In this document: one piece after another, positions 49,273 through 58,907 of the stretch
How positions within the stretch are numbered: position 1 is the first letter of the stretch
How the letters are laid out: the number at the start of each line of letters is the position of its first letter
Source: a virus
Taxonomy: Duplodnaviria > Caudoviricetes
DNA length: 64,000 bases
IMG/VR virus record: IMGVR_UViG_3300018068_000002
Span: 1-64,000 of that record
Direction: 5' to 3' (one strand)
Position numbers and translations under genes: made by a program
The notes under the pieces: model-generated
Told to the model about the DNA's origin: nothing
Database searches by the model: none
Seen by the model: only the letters and a program-made list of their open reading frames with translations

Positions 49273-50240
49273 TCTATTACCATCTCTTGGTTATCATCTT
49301 CGTCGCCATCGGCAACAAGAGCTTCAACAATTGTATAACTTTCATCTTCATATTTATCAAGATCCGCGTCAGACATTTCAAAGGTTCCGGCCTTATTTAT
49401 GCCCAGGGCCGCAAATTTCTGTTCTACCTGATCTCTCAAACTAGATTCTCCCATAATTAAACGATGTACATACTTCTGCATGTTCGCCATTGTCTCATCA
49501 ACAATATCTTTCGGCACATCATCGTAGTATGGGTTGCGCCACCCCGTCTTTTCCAAATACGAAATTAACTCCCCCACACTCTCAAAATCACTCATACTTC
49601 GGATATTTTCGGTAGTGAAGCCGCCAATCTTCATCTCCTTGTCATAGCTAGAGATGTCTTTATCTATATCATCACCACGAGAAATTTTTTGGGAGATACG
49701 CACAGACAATTTTGCAAGTTTTCGCGCAGAATCTTCTTGTGTCACGGTAATTATATTATGAGAGGTATGGAGTCCATTATAAAAATTCTCCATATACTCC
49801 AGTTCGTCTGGGGTGTAGTTCTTTCCCCAAGTGTGTGTAAGTTCGGCTATTTTCGCCTCAGAAAGTACCGGTATCTTATCTTTGTACTCTCCTGTCTTTA
49901 GGGCTTTTGCCCACTCATCCTGCATAGTTTTCCACTTTATAGTAGAATAAGCTTCGTCAGCGCAATATCCTTTAACATACGCATCAAAAGCTTTTGCACC
50001 CAACTCTACAGATAATCTAGTCCATATATCAGGCATAAATGGATAATCGGTCCATTGGCAAAACTTATCCATAGTTGCCCATTCCTCAATATCTATAATT
50101 TCGGCAAGACAATTCTTGCAAATGGAAAGTGTTCCATCGGGAAAGAAGTGGGATTTAGTTGGATAGAAATAGGAACTTGAGAGATAAGTGCCGCATTTGG
50201 TACATGTCTTTGAAGCTATTTTTGGTTTGATACTTGTCAT
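49269..50240 (-). CDS. Zn-finger protein, candidate terminase small subunit
   Basis: CTKC...CKNC; immediately upstream of terL; ATG 50240 after GAAGGTGA. Confidence 0.55.
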   Translation of the reverse strand: MTSIKPKIASKTCTKCGTYLSSSYFYPTKSHFFPDGTLSICKNCLAEIIDIEEWATMDKFCQWTDYPFMPDIWTRLSVELGAKAFDAYVKGYCADEAYSTIKWKTMQDEWAKALKTGEYKDKIPVLSEAKIAELTHTWGKNYTPDELEYMENFYNGLHTSHNIITVTQEDSARKLAKLSVRISQKISRGDDIDKDISSYDKEMKIGGFTTENIRSMSDFESVGELISYLEKTGWRNPYYDDVPKDIVDETMANMQKYVHRLIMGESSLRDQVEQKFAALGINKAGTFEMSDADLDKYEDESYTIVEALVADGDEDDNQEMVIE

Positions 50241-51376
50241 TTGTTTTTCACCTTCTTTTGGCATTCTCTACATATCGGACTAAGTTGGTCGTGGGTATTG
50301 CGCTTTTTCGCAAAAAAACGAGTGTCACGAAGTTTATGTTCGTGGCACTTTGTGCAGGTTTTCCACTTTTTAGGGAAATTGCGCGCAGATACTTCGTCGA
50401 GGTCAATTTGACCAGTTTGAGCGATGGCTCCGCATATTTCCTTAGTCCAGATAGTAGATATGTAGTTAATGGCGTAGTCTAATCCATAAAGTGTGAGAAG
50501 TTCTTGCGCAATTATTTCGTTGGATGCATGATCGACTTTGCGCACGAGTATATGGTAGCGGGAGGGTGATAAATTGGTGCGCGATACTAAGCATTCTACT
50601 GCGCGAAGTAGAAATGTTGTACTACTCGTAGGATTGTCGTATTGTTGGTGGCAGAGAGCGCTATAGAGATTGAGAATATGGTAGAGGTGTATTGGATTGG
50701 TGAGGTCAATAGTATGTTCGGCAACAGTATGCCATGTCCATTCAGTAGGACCGCAATAGGTAAGAAGACTGCGGCCAGAAGCATCAGTGCGCCATTGGAG
50801 ATCGAGTGGTTCTATGACGTAGCCGCTATCGGATGTCCAGTCTATTTCCTGTATACCGCCATTGAGTATTGAGGTGAAGTGGATAGTTGGACGAAATAGG
50901 TCTTTGAGGGAGTACTGTTCTTTGCGCATATCTATCAATAGGTGTCTCATGTAGTATTTTTTCACATTATCTGTTAGAGTTTTTGCGTATTCTTCGGCAG
51001 CGTCTATGTCGTTCCAGAGACTTGCCATTCCCGGTATATCACCATCTGTTGTACGAGATATTTTTGGTTTTGGATTAGTGTATGGTGTTCTGTTATTGAA
51101 TGGTTTCAGTGAGGTTTCATCGAACATGATATTCTCCATTAGCGCATCAAGAGATTGGGGATCTTTCTTTTTCCAAGTAGAGTGTTTAGTCGATATTTCT
51201 TTAGCTTCGGGCAAAGAGTTACCTTTAGCTGTTTTTCCATAGAGGATGTAGTTGGCAATTCGCTCTAGATCTTTTAGAGGTACTTTTTCGAGAAGTCCTG
51301 CGTCGGCAAGGATGCAAACTGTGAGACAACGTTCTTCTGCTGTCACTATAGTGTAATCAAGTGTAATTCTAGTCAT
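50237..51376 (-). CDS. Hypothetical protein with C-terminal Zn ribbon (possible regulator/packaging factor)
   Basis: KTCTKC...ICREC; ATG 51376 after AAGGAGG. Confidence 0.65.
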   Translation of the reverse strand: MTRITLDYTIVTAEERCLTVCILADAGLLEKVPLKDLERIANYILYGKTAKGNSLPEAKEISTKHSTWKKKDPQSLDALMENIMFDETSLKPFNNRTPYTNPKPKISRTTDGDIPGMASLWNDIDAAEEYAKTLTDNVKKYYMRHLLIDMRKEQYSLKDLFRPTIHFTSILNGGIQEIDWTSDSGYVIEPLDLQWRTDASGRSLLTYCGPTEWTWHTVAEHTIDLTNPIHLYHILNLYSALCHQQYDNPTSSTTFLLRAVECLVSRTNLSPSRYHILVRKVDHASNEIIAQELLTLYGLDYAINYISTIWTKEICGAIAQTGQIDLDEVSARNFPKKWKTCTKCHEHKLRDTRFFAKKRNTHDQLSPICRECQKKVKNK

Positions 51377-51423
51377 GTCGTGTGCCTCCTTTTTAGTGAG
51401 AGACAAAAACTCTCCATACATTA

Positions 51424-51452
51424 ATTATAACATAGTTTATAAATAGTGTCAA
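51424..51452 (-). promoter_or_regulatory. Consensus sigmaA promoter for the terminase operon
   Basis: TTGACA-17-TATAAT with upstream TG. Confidence 0.8.
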
Positions 51453-51471
51453 GGGGGAGACAAATGTAGAA

Positions 51472-51517
51472 TTGAAAATTTTTGTTATGTGAATTTGAAA
51501 AATTTTATTATGTGAAT
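51472..51517. repeat. Tandem 23-bp direct repeat
   Basis: TTGAAAATTTTTGTTATGTGAAT / TTGAAAAATTTTATTATGTGAAT (21/23 identical). Confidence 0.75.
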
Positions 51518-51849
51518 TTGTATGCACAGCCAGCAAGCTAAAAAATCCCGATTTTGAATTTTACCGCAATTATCCCCCCACTTGTCAATTGACAAATTGT
51601 ACAAACTTTCCCGGAAATCTTTGTGCAATATACCAACCCATCAGGTATTGACATGTCGATGCAATTATGGTATAATAGAAGTGATATCTTTTTATTTCTA
51701 TTGACATTATACACAAAAACAAATCGAAAAATTGTTGCACTTTGTCAATGATGAAATATCTGTTTTTGCTTGACAGTCGATAGTCCGACATGGTATAATA
51801 AATCATAAGGTAAAAGGAAAAAATAAAAAAAATAAAGTAGGATAAAAAA

Positions 51850-52173
51850 ATGTTTAATGTTTATGCAATGGCCCTTGGTTCCACTGGTATCGTCAAAGTC
51901 GGTTACACGAACGATCTCAAACGGCGCGCTGGCGAACACGGTCGTAAATACAATTGCCGTGGTCAAGTTGAAATCCTAGACTCGATCGCCTTTACTAGTA
52001 AAGCGACTGCTGAAAAAGTCGAAGCCATCGTTCTTAAGGCGATGAAAGATGCTGGTTTTGAGATGGTCAAAGATGCTCAGAACGGCGACACCGAACGGTT
52101 CTATATGAATGGTGAGATGGTCGAAATCACCTTCAAGGTTCGCAAAGAACAGAAGCTGAGAGTGGGTCGCTAA
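51850..52173 (+). CDS. Small GIY-YIG superfamily (T5orf172-like) protein
   Basis: VYAM...VKVGYTNDLKRR..E...AEKVE. Confidence 0.65.
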   Translation: MFNVYAMALGSTGIVKVGYTNDLKRRAGEHGRKYNCRGQVEILDSIAFTSKATAEKVEAIVLKAMKDAGFEMVKDAQNGDTERFYMNGEMVEITFKVRKEQKLRVGR

Positions 52174-52204
52174 GACTCACTCCAATGACCAGGAGGGCAA
52201 GAAA

Positions 52205-52369
52205 ATGGTAGTACACGTTGAAAAGAATGCTAGTAAAGTTTATAATTGGGTTGCAAATAGAATCGCAAGAGATAGAATGCTCAACCTAACACCAGTCAAA
52301 TATATCGTTAAAAATTCTAGTGGTTGCTACTATGTAATCGCTTGTCAACCTAAAAAAAGTGTGATATAA
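52205..52369 (+). CDS. Small hypothetical protein (54 aa)
   Basis: RBS AGGAGG; not in ORF track. Confidence 0.55.
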   Translation: MVVHVEKNASKVYNWVANRIARDRMLNLTPVKYIVKNSSGCYYVIACQPKKSVI

Positions 52370-52397
52370 TAAGGATAGATAGAAAGAGGTGCTACAA

Positions 52398-52556
52398 ATG
52401 AAGAAGATTGAATACAAAGTGCAGAAAATTGATGGATTCAAACTTTATATTATTATTGGTAAAAATATAGTTACTGGAAAATCATATGTAGTTGCAAATC
52501 ATATTACAAAAGAAGAAGCAATAAAAAAAATACGCAAAATAGAAAGGGGATACTGA
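52398..52556 (+). CDS. Small hypothetical protein (52 aa)
   Basis: Promoter plus RBS AGAGGT; not in ORF track. Confidence 0.55.
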   Translation: MKKIEYKVQKIDGFKLYIIIGKNIVTGKSYVVANHITKEEAIKKIRKIERGY

Positions 52557-53019
52557 AAGTGACACATAAGAAGCGGCAGAATAGAGAGAGGAAACGACAG
52601 TCACCGATCCCTTGCGTTAAGGTGACACCAACAGGCAAGCAAAAACAAGCACAAAGAGAGCGTAAGAAGAAGTGGGGTGATGAATAGATGATGTCCTTTG
52701 ATGAATGGTGTGAATGCACAGATGTTGAACAGGATGATGACAGTTATTGGGCATATGATGCATATGTTGAATAGTGTAGAGAAAATGAATAATTTCAATT
52801 TCTTTTAAAAAAAAGATTTGCATAATGCATTAGTATATTATTAATGTACTAAAAGTCCCCCTTAGTTGCGTAAACGTTTACGCTTGCGATGGTCCGATTC
52901 TCGTGTCTGAAGATGCCTATCGCTGTAGGGTTTGCGGGTTTTACTATTTTAGAAAAAAGTGTTGACAAGTCTTTTGGGGTGTGCTATAATGAGTATATAG
53001 AAGAAAAGAGGAAATACAA

Positions 53020-53154
53020 ATGGAAAAGATTGATCTTACTCGTTATGAGATTATGCGTCAAATGTATCTTAACGGTAAAATGTCAAAAAGTAAATGGACA
53101 CGTATTTGTGAAATAATCGTCAATGACCTGCTTAATGAGAGTAAGAAAGGTTGA
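53020..53154 (+). CDS. Small hypothetical protein (44 aa)
   Basis: Follows promoter 52962 and RBS AGAGG. Confidence 0.55.
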   Translation: MEKIDLTRYEIMRQMYLNGKMSKSKWTRICEIIVNDLLNESKKG

Positions 53155-53157
53155 ATT

Positions 53158-53319
53158 ATGGAAAAATATATTTTGTGGAAAAATGGAAATGTCTGGAAAG
53201 TTTTTGATCCCGATACTAGCACCCAAGTTGGAGAATTCAAAAGTGAGAGGGAAGCTCTTGCTTATATTAATGGAGAAGATCCATTAAAAATTCAAAACTT
53301 TTTTCTTAGGATAGGTTGA
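53158..53319 (+). CDS. Small hypothetical protein (53 aa)
   Basis: In tandem with the previous ORF. Confidence 0.55.
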   Translation: MEKYILWKNGNVWKVFDPDTSTQVGEFKSEREALAYINGEDPLKIQNFFLRIG

Positions 53320-53443
53320 CATCAATTTTACTTTGTGATATAATTATAATATAGAACAGAAACCGAAGTGAGCGGAATCCAAACGGTGACAAGTCTCCCG
53401 ATTTGAGAAGTCTCGACCCACTTCATTTTTAAAAGGATATTTT

Positions 53444-53902
53444 ATGAATATTGAAAAAGAAATTATCAATCATTTTTATAATGTTCCTGTTGTTGTTGAA
53501 AAACGTTTTTGCTCTCGCGCAGTCTTAAAATTGGTTGTAAGTGATGAAACAGGACTTGTAAAAAAATGTGATCCTGAAGTTTTTCAAATTGCAAATGACA
53601 GTTGGGCAGATGAAAAAATGATAAAGGGTCTTAACTCAAAAATGAAAAAGATTGCGCGACAATTCAATCCACGACTTGTTGGAATCTTACACGAAATTGG
53701 TCATGCCAAAACAGTTATTGGTATGAATTGGGATTTTAATAAACAGTTTCGTATTTTAGTTAATAATTTAGATGTTGATGAAATTTTTGCAATTCGTTTA
53801 TACCGAAAGATCCCTATTGAGAATGTTGCAGATAAGTGGGCAATAAATTGGTTAATTGAAAATTCAGAATTAGCACATCATTGGTCACAATTACTGAATT
53901 GA
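53444..53902 (+). CDS. HExxH metallopeptidase-like protein (ImmA/IrrE-like)
   Basis: GILHEIGH and a downstream ENVADKWA. Confidence 0.65.
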   Translation: MNIEKEIINHFYNVPVVVEKRFCSRAVLKLVVSDETGLVKKCDPEVFQIANDSWADEKMIKGLNSKMKKIARQFNPRLVGILHEIGHAKTVIGMNWDFNKQFRILVNNLDVDEIFAIRLYRKIPIENVADKWAINWLIENSELAHHWSQLLN

Positions 53903-54088
53903 AGTCTGAAACCCTTACTCTCACAGGGTTTTCAGGTTTCATTTTTCGGAGCATTGTTTGTGCATATTGCATAAAAAAATAGTTTTAATTTGTGCACTTT
54001 TTCTCTTGCAATGCAATGTGTTTGGTGATATAATAAATACATAAGAGGTGAGGCGAACACCATATGAAACGCAGAAAGAGATTTTAAT

Positions 54089-54445
54089 ATGAAGATTACC
54101 AAAGAAGTTAAATTGTTTGCAGAAAAAGAATTTGACAAAAAGGTTTCTGAAGTTCGTGATGCTTTCTATGCACCATATGTGGATAGGGAAAAACAAATTC
54201 GAGTTGAATTCAAACCATTTGTTGATGAATTGAATCGTCAGTACAATGAATTTTTGGCAAAATATCCAGATGCAAAACTTCGAGTTGATACACATTACAG
54301 TGACGAACGCTTTACAATTGGTAGCGTTTCCGTTATTCGCACTGACTTTAAAAATGATTTTGACAAAGTTCGTTTCATGGCCGAATTGTCAATGGGTGAA
54401 TCACTTTCTGAAATCACAACCATTCTTAATAAATATTTTAACTAA
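54089..54445 (+). CDS. Hypothetical protein
   Basis: Own promoter and downstream hairpin. Confidence 0.7.
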   Translation: MKITKEVKLFAEKEFDKKVSEVRDAFYAPYVDREKQIRVEFKPFVDELNRQYNEFLAKYPDAKLRVDTHYSDERFTIGSVSVIRTDFKNDFDKVRFMAELSMGESLSEITTILNKYFN

Positions 54446-54539
54446 GAGAGGGCGGGCAACCGCTTTCTTTCTTTTAAAAAAGTATTAACATTTATTTTAT
54501 TTTATAGTATAATAAGATTATAGAAAGAAGGAAAGTAAA

Positions 54540-54719
54540 ATGATTTGTAAAGGGTGTTTGAACAAAGTTCATGAAATCACACAAGAAGAAAAAGATAAAT
54601 TTGAATTTGCATTCGATGCAAAATATTATTGTGACTGGTGCGATATCCTTCTTTATGAATTTGATGAAGTTGCAAGTGGAGTAGTAATAGATGCAGATGG
54701 AAATAGAGAATTTTGGTAA
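54540..54719 (+). CDS. Small CxxC...CxxC protein (59 aa)
   Basis: CKGC...CDWC; RBS AAGG. Confidence 0.55.
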   Translation: MICKGCLNKVHEITQEEKDKFEFAFDAKYYCDWCDILLYEFDEVASGVVIDADGNREFW

Positions 54720-54905
54720 GAGAACAAAAGTTCTCTTTTACTTTTTTCGTAAACGTTTACGATGGGTGGTCCGGCCTCCGGACTTGGAAACCGTTGCGAG
54801 AGTAGGCTTTCCAGTCACAAGAAAATTAAAAAATATTTTTAAAAAACGTTGACAGGGTGTTTTTTCTGTGGTATAATTAAAACATAGAAAAGAGAGGTAA
54901 CGCAG

Positions 54906-55361
54906 ATGAACAAAGCAATTTACTTTGATATGGACGGAACAGTTGCAAATCTATATGATGTTGAGAATTGGTTACCAATGCTTCGTGCTGAAGATCCAAC
55001 CCCATATCTTATTGCTGAACCTAAAGTTGATATGGTAGAGTTGGTAAAAATTCTCGATCAACTTAAAAACAACGGTTATACAATCGGAATCATTACTTGG
55101 CTTTCGATGAATAGCACAGAGGGATATAAAAAGAAAGTTCGTGAAGCTAAGGCTGAATGGATTTCGAAATTTTTTCCATTCAACTTTGATGAAATTCACA
55201 TGGTAAAATATGGTGCACCAAAACACACAATAGCTAAAATTAAAAAAGGAATTTTAGTTGATGATAATAAAGAAGTTCGTGCCAATTGGTTAAAATATGG
55301 TGGTAATGTTATTGATGCAAAACCAAAAACATGGCTTGACAATTTAAGAAAGTTGGTATAA
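54906..55361 (+). CDS. HAD-superfamily phosphatase (5'(3')-deoxyribonucleotidase-like)
   Basis: IYFDMDGT (motif I), IIT, K, LVDDN (motif IV). Confidence 0.8.
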   Translation: MNKAIYFDMDGTVANLYDVENWLPMLRAEDPTPYLIAEPKVDMVELVKILDQLKNNGYTIGIITWLSMNSTEGYKKKVREAKAEWISKFFPFNFDEIHMVKYGAPKHTIAKIKKGILVDDNKEVRANWLKYGGNVIDAKPKTWLDNLRKLV

Positions 55362-55492
55362 AATATGATTGTAAAGATGATTTATGCAGATACTTTAAAA
55401 GAGATTGATTTTAAGGCATTAGGTCCAGGTAGTTATGAAATTATTTTGCCTGGAATTTGTATACCAATAACAATTAATGAAAGGGATAAAAA

Positions 55493-55696
55493 ATGAAAAT
55501 TACTGTTTGTTTAAAGGTTTATAAATATATTGATCTTGATTTGCCTGAGAATGTTGTTAATGATATTTCAACAGATGATATTGACATTGATAGCATTCCT
55601 GAAATTAAACAAATAATTGAAGATCAAGAAGAATGTACAAATACTAAAATTTGTAATATTTTTTGTGAAGAAAAAGATCAATATATTTTCGAATAA
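55493..55696 (+). CDS. Hypothetical acidic protein
   Basis: ORF with RBS AAGGGA. Confidence 0.6.
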   Translation: MKITVCLKVYKYIDLDLPENVVNDISTDDIDIDSIPEIKQIIEDQEECTNTKICNIFCEEKDQYIFE

Positions 55697-55861
55697 TAAA
55701 AAAAGTCAATCTTTGAAATCTTACAGAGAGTAGGATTTCAAGGTTTTCTTTTTGGACGGGCAGCGCGTATATTGCACAAAAAAGAAATAATATCTTCGTG
55801 CAATTGTCACTTGAACCATTCTCCAGTTATGGTATAATGAATACATAAAGGAGATTAACTT

Positions 55862-56326
55862 ATGAATAAATATGAAATTTTAGCTAAAAATGTTGATTCT
55901 CTTGAGTGGATTGGTTCTGGTTGTTCTCGTGATGCTTATTATGCTCGCAACGAAAATCTTGTTATTAAAATTCCGCATTGTAATGGTGAAAGACAAGAAG
56001 AAAATGAACTTAACATTTTTAAGAATATGAAAAAATTCTATCTTAAAATTTTTCCTATTGTTGATATTATTGAATATAATAAAAGACAAATTACTATCAT
56101 GAAAAAATGTGAAGTTCTTTCCGAATTTGCAGAAGATTATGATTTTGATAATGTTGATTGGGAAAGTTTTAATGATTTGTTAAAACTTGCTCAAGATTTA
56201 GATCTTAACACAAAATACGTGCGTATGCTTCATAAATTTATTCATAAATATAAAATATATGATTTATTTGAAAATAATCTTGGTGTCTTTGAAAATCGCT
56301 TAGTAATTATTGATGCAGGCGGTTAA
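55862..56326 (+). CDS. Minimal protein-kinase-like protein
   Basis: IGSGCSRDAY (Gly loop), VIKI, E, YDLFENN (catalytic loop), IIDAG (DFG equivalent). Confidence 0.65.
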   Translation: MNKYEILAKNVDSLEWIGSGCSRDAYYARNENLVIKIPHCNGERQEENELNIFKNMKKFYLKIFPIVDIIEYNKRQITIMKKCEVLSEFAEDYDFDNVDWESFNDLLKLAQDLDLNTKYVRMLHKFIHKYKIYDLFENNLGVFENRLVIIDAGG

Positions 56327-56493
56327 TCTAATAAAAGAAAGTCTGAAGATGCCCTTGCACCAGGACTTTTCAGGCTTTTCTTTCGGGCCATCGGGCCGTG
56401 ATTTTGCACAAAAAAATATTTTAAATTTGTGCATTTTACATATTGAATTGATCCCAAATCTGTTGTATAATAATAGAGAAAGAAGAGGAATTT

Positions 56494-57180
56494 ATGAAAA
56501 AGAAATTGTATTTGATTCTTGATATTGAGGGCGCGGGTGAGTGTGATTGCGCATTTGCTTATGATGTCGGCGGTGTCGTATGTAATAAACGTGGGGAAAT
56601 TATTGATACCTTTTCTTTTGTTGTTCGTGATATTTTTAATTATGAATCTCAATTAATGGCCTCTGCTTACTATAGTAAAAAGATCCCTCTTTATCGCGCA
56701 GGATTGAATGTTGGTGAGTTTAAATTGGAATCATTCTACAATGTTAGAAAACATATTCATGATGTTATTAAAATGTATGATATTGATTATGTTCTTGCTT
56801 ACAATGCAGGTTATGATGTTAACGGTTTAAATAATACTCAACGTTGGCTCACAAAATCAAAATATCGTTGGTTCTTGCCTTATGGTACAAAAGTCGGTTG
56901 TATTTGGCATATGGCTTGCCAAGTGCTTTGCACTCAGAAATCATATGTAAAGTTTATTGATGATAATGGATTGCGTAAAACTTCCGGCAGACTTCCGACT
57001 TCTGCTGAAATCGTTTATGCTTATATGATTGATGATGTATCTTTTATTGAATCTCATACTGGTTTAGAAGATGCCATTATTGAATCTGCTATCTTTAGTC
57101 GTTGTATGCGCCAAAAGAAAAAAATGGATAAATCAATTAACAAAAGGTGTTGGGCAATTCCCCAAGAAAAGGTAGTTTAA
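56494..57180 (+). CDS. DEDDh 3'-5' exonuclease
   Basis: ILDIEG, AYNAGYD, HTGLEDA. Confidence 0.82.
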   Translation: MKKKLYLILDIEGAGECDCAFAYDVGGVVCNKRGEIIDTFSFVVRDIFNYESQLMASAYYSKKIPLYRAGLNVGEFKLESFYNVRKHIHDVIKMYDIDYVLAYNAGYDVNGLNNTQRWLTKSKYRWFLPYGTKVGCIWHMACQVLCTQKSYVKFIDDNGLRKTSGRLPTSAEIVYAYMIDDVSFIESHTGLEDAIIESAIFSRCMRQKKKMDKSINKRCWAIPQEKVV

Positions 57181-57327
57181 ATGTTTACTATTGAAGAAAT
57201 TTATTTCATTGAAAAAATGACAGAGGGCGCTTGCATGATGTGCGGTGTAAGAATGTCTTGCCAAGAATGTAAGGTTTTTAAGATTCAAGATAAATGTGAA
57301 GATATGATAAGGGAAGGAATAAAATAA
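57181..57327 (+). CDS. Small Cys-rich protein (48 aa)
   Basis: CMMC...CQEC. Confidence 0.5.
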   Translation: MFTIEEIYFIEKMTEGACMMCGVRMSCQECKVFKIQDKCEDMIREGIK

Positions 57328-57602
57328 AATAGTCGAGTCCGCAAACCTTACTGCCGCAGGGCTTTCGAGGTTTGTTGGACGGAGCATCGCCGTAAACGTT
57401 TACGAAAAAATATTTTTTATTTGGTAGCCGTGGATACTTTACAAAGGTCTGACTACGTGGTATACTTAGTACATGAGGTGAGGGAAACAGACACCGAAAA
57501 AAATTAAAAAAGTTTTTTGAAAAGTGTTGACAAGTCCTAAAATCTCTGGTATAATGAATATATAAAGAACAGGGTGGTGGCCGACACCGAAAGGAATCAA
57601 TT

Positions 57603-57932
57603 ATGAGTGAAATGAAACAAGCCGAACGTCTCAATGCTGTCCGTAACGCCGCAATCGCTATGCTGAACCTGCCTGCTGATGCCAAACTCGTCAAGACTGG
57701 TACTTTCGCTTTCGAAACCGAGTTCGGTCCTGTCCGTGTCGCAATCACCGCTGTTAAAGATGTTGATAACTTCAACATCACGGACGAAGCCGAAGCTTTC
57801 GAGTTCGATCTGAAAGATCGTGAGAACAAAGCGCTGACTCGCAAGATCAAGGCTGACGAAAAGAAAGCCGCAAATATTGCCAAGAAAGTCAAACAGGCGG
57901 AAGCCAAGGAAGCCGCTGAACCCAAAGCATGA
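57603..57932 (+). CDS. Lys/Ala-rich-tailed protein, paralogue 1
   Basis: Two tandem promoters; RBS AAAGGA; high-GC highly-expressed-type codons. Confidence 0.8.
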   Translation: MSEMKQAERLNAVRNAAIAMLNLPADAKLVKTGTFAFETEFGPVRVAITAVKDVDNFNITDEAEAFEFDLKDRENKALTRKIKADEKKAANIAKKVKQAEAKEAAEPKA

Positions 57933-58184
57933 TCTCGCACCTGAGCACGTGGGTAAACCGCTCACCAAAATGGTTTATGGTAAACCAAAGCGCTACCTAT
58001 TTTAGCCACGCAGGAAAAACCATTTGTCCGACCTGAGTATGTCGTTAAACCGCTCACCAAGTCGTTTGCCAATCGACCATAAACAGGGCATAGCCTTTGG
58101 TACGCTTAGGCGATAAACAGTACAAGTTATCGTGGGGACGCTTGCGATTGCGAAGAAAGAAAAAGAGGGGACGCCCTTTTTTTT
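57933..58184 (+). ncRNA. Candidate structured RNA with two pseudoknot repeats, ending in an intrinsic terminator
   Basis: Repeats at 57937-57968 and 58029-58060; hairpins; terminator 58160-58184. Confidence 0.5.
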
Positions 58185-58338
58185 GTCACTACCGTAAACG
58201 TTTACGCCGGTAGTCCGCGAAAATATTTTTGAAACCTTACTCTCTCTAGGGTTTGCGGGCACACTAATATTAGAATAAGTGTTGACTTATGTTGGATTGT
58301 GGGGTATAATTAGGATATAAGAAAGAGAGGAAATACAA

Positions 58339-58602
58339 ATGGGTTGGAAAAAAATTACTAGTGAGGTTCGCGTTTGTGACATATGTGGTGAAGTGTTTTC
58401 CTGCCCTATTATTATAGATGGCAAAGAATATTGTACCAATTGCTATAATCATGAGTTTGTTGAATGTGATGTTTGTGGTCATGAAAAACATAAAAGTTTA
58501 ATGATCCCAGATGATTATGTTTTTGATAGATTGGTTTGTAAAGAGTGTATAAAAGAAAAATATGAATATTATAAAGAAATAGTAGAGGGAAAGAAATGGT
58601 AG
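58339..58602 (+). CDS. Multi-CxxC zinc-finger protein
   Basis: CDIC, CTNC, CDVC, CKEC. Confidence 0.7.
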   Translation: MGWKKITSEVRVCDICGEVFSCPIIIDGKEYCTNCYNHEFVECDVCGHEKHKSLMIPDDYVFDRLVCKECIKEKYEYYKEIVEGKKW

Positions 58603-58907
58603 ACTTTTGTTTTGGTCCTTATACTACAGATCAAATGATTGCTAAGGTTGAAGATCTCAAAAAAAATTATCTTGACTTTGATGTTCTCATTATGCTTGAA
58701 GTTGTACTTGGATTACTTAAAGAAAAAAGATTGAAAGAGATGTTTAAATAAGATGATTACTGATGAATTAATCAAAATTTGTCTCAATTTTAACATAATT
58801 ATCCTTAAAATGGATAAAAAAACATGTTTTTTACTACAAAAAAACATTGATAATGTAGTAGATGGATTAGAAAATATATCAAAAATGATAGAAAATGAGG
58901 AAAAAAT

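Noticed and set aside
5-50872. Short ORFs overlapping established genes (e.g. 5-277, 4976-5185, 6023-6259, 7222-7596, 14288-14497, 22310-22687, 26875-27152, 43164-43606, 47314-47526, 48795-49211, 50596-50872)
   Set aside because: Alternate-frame or antisense shadows of well-supported CDSs, with no RBS or motifs.
53370-53426. tRNA-like element (acceptor-like GAAGTG/CACTTC)
   Set aside because: Only about 60 nt with no TTC T-loop or D-loop; kept only as a possible structured leader.
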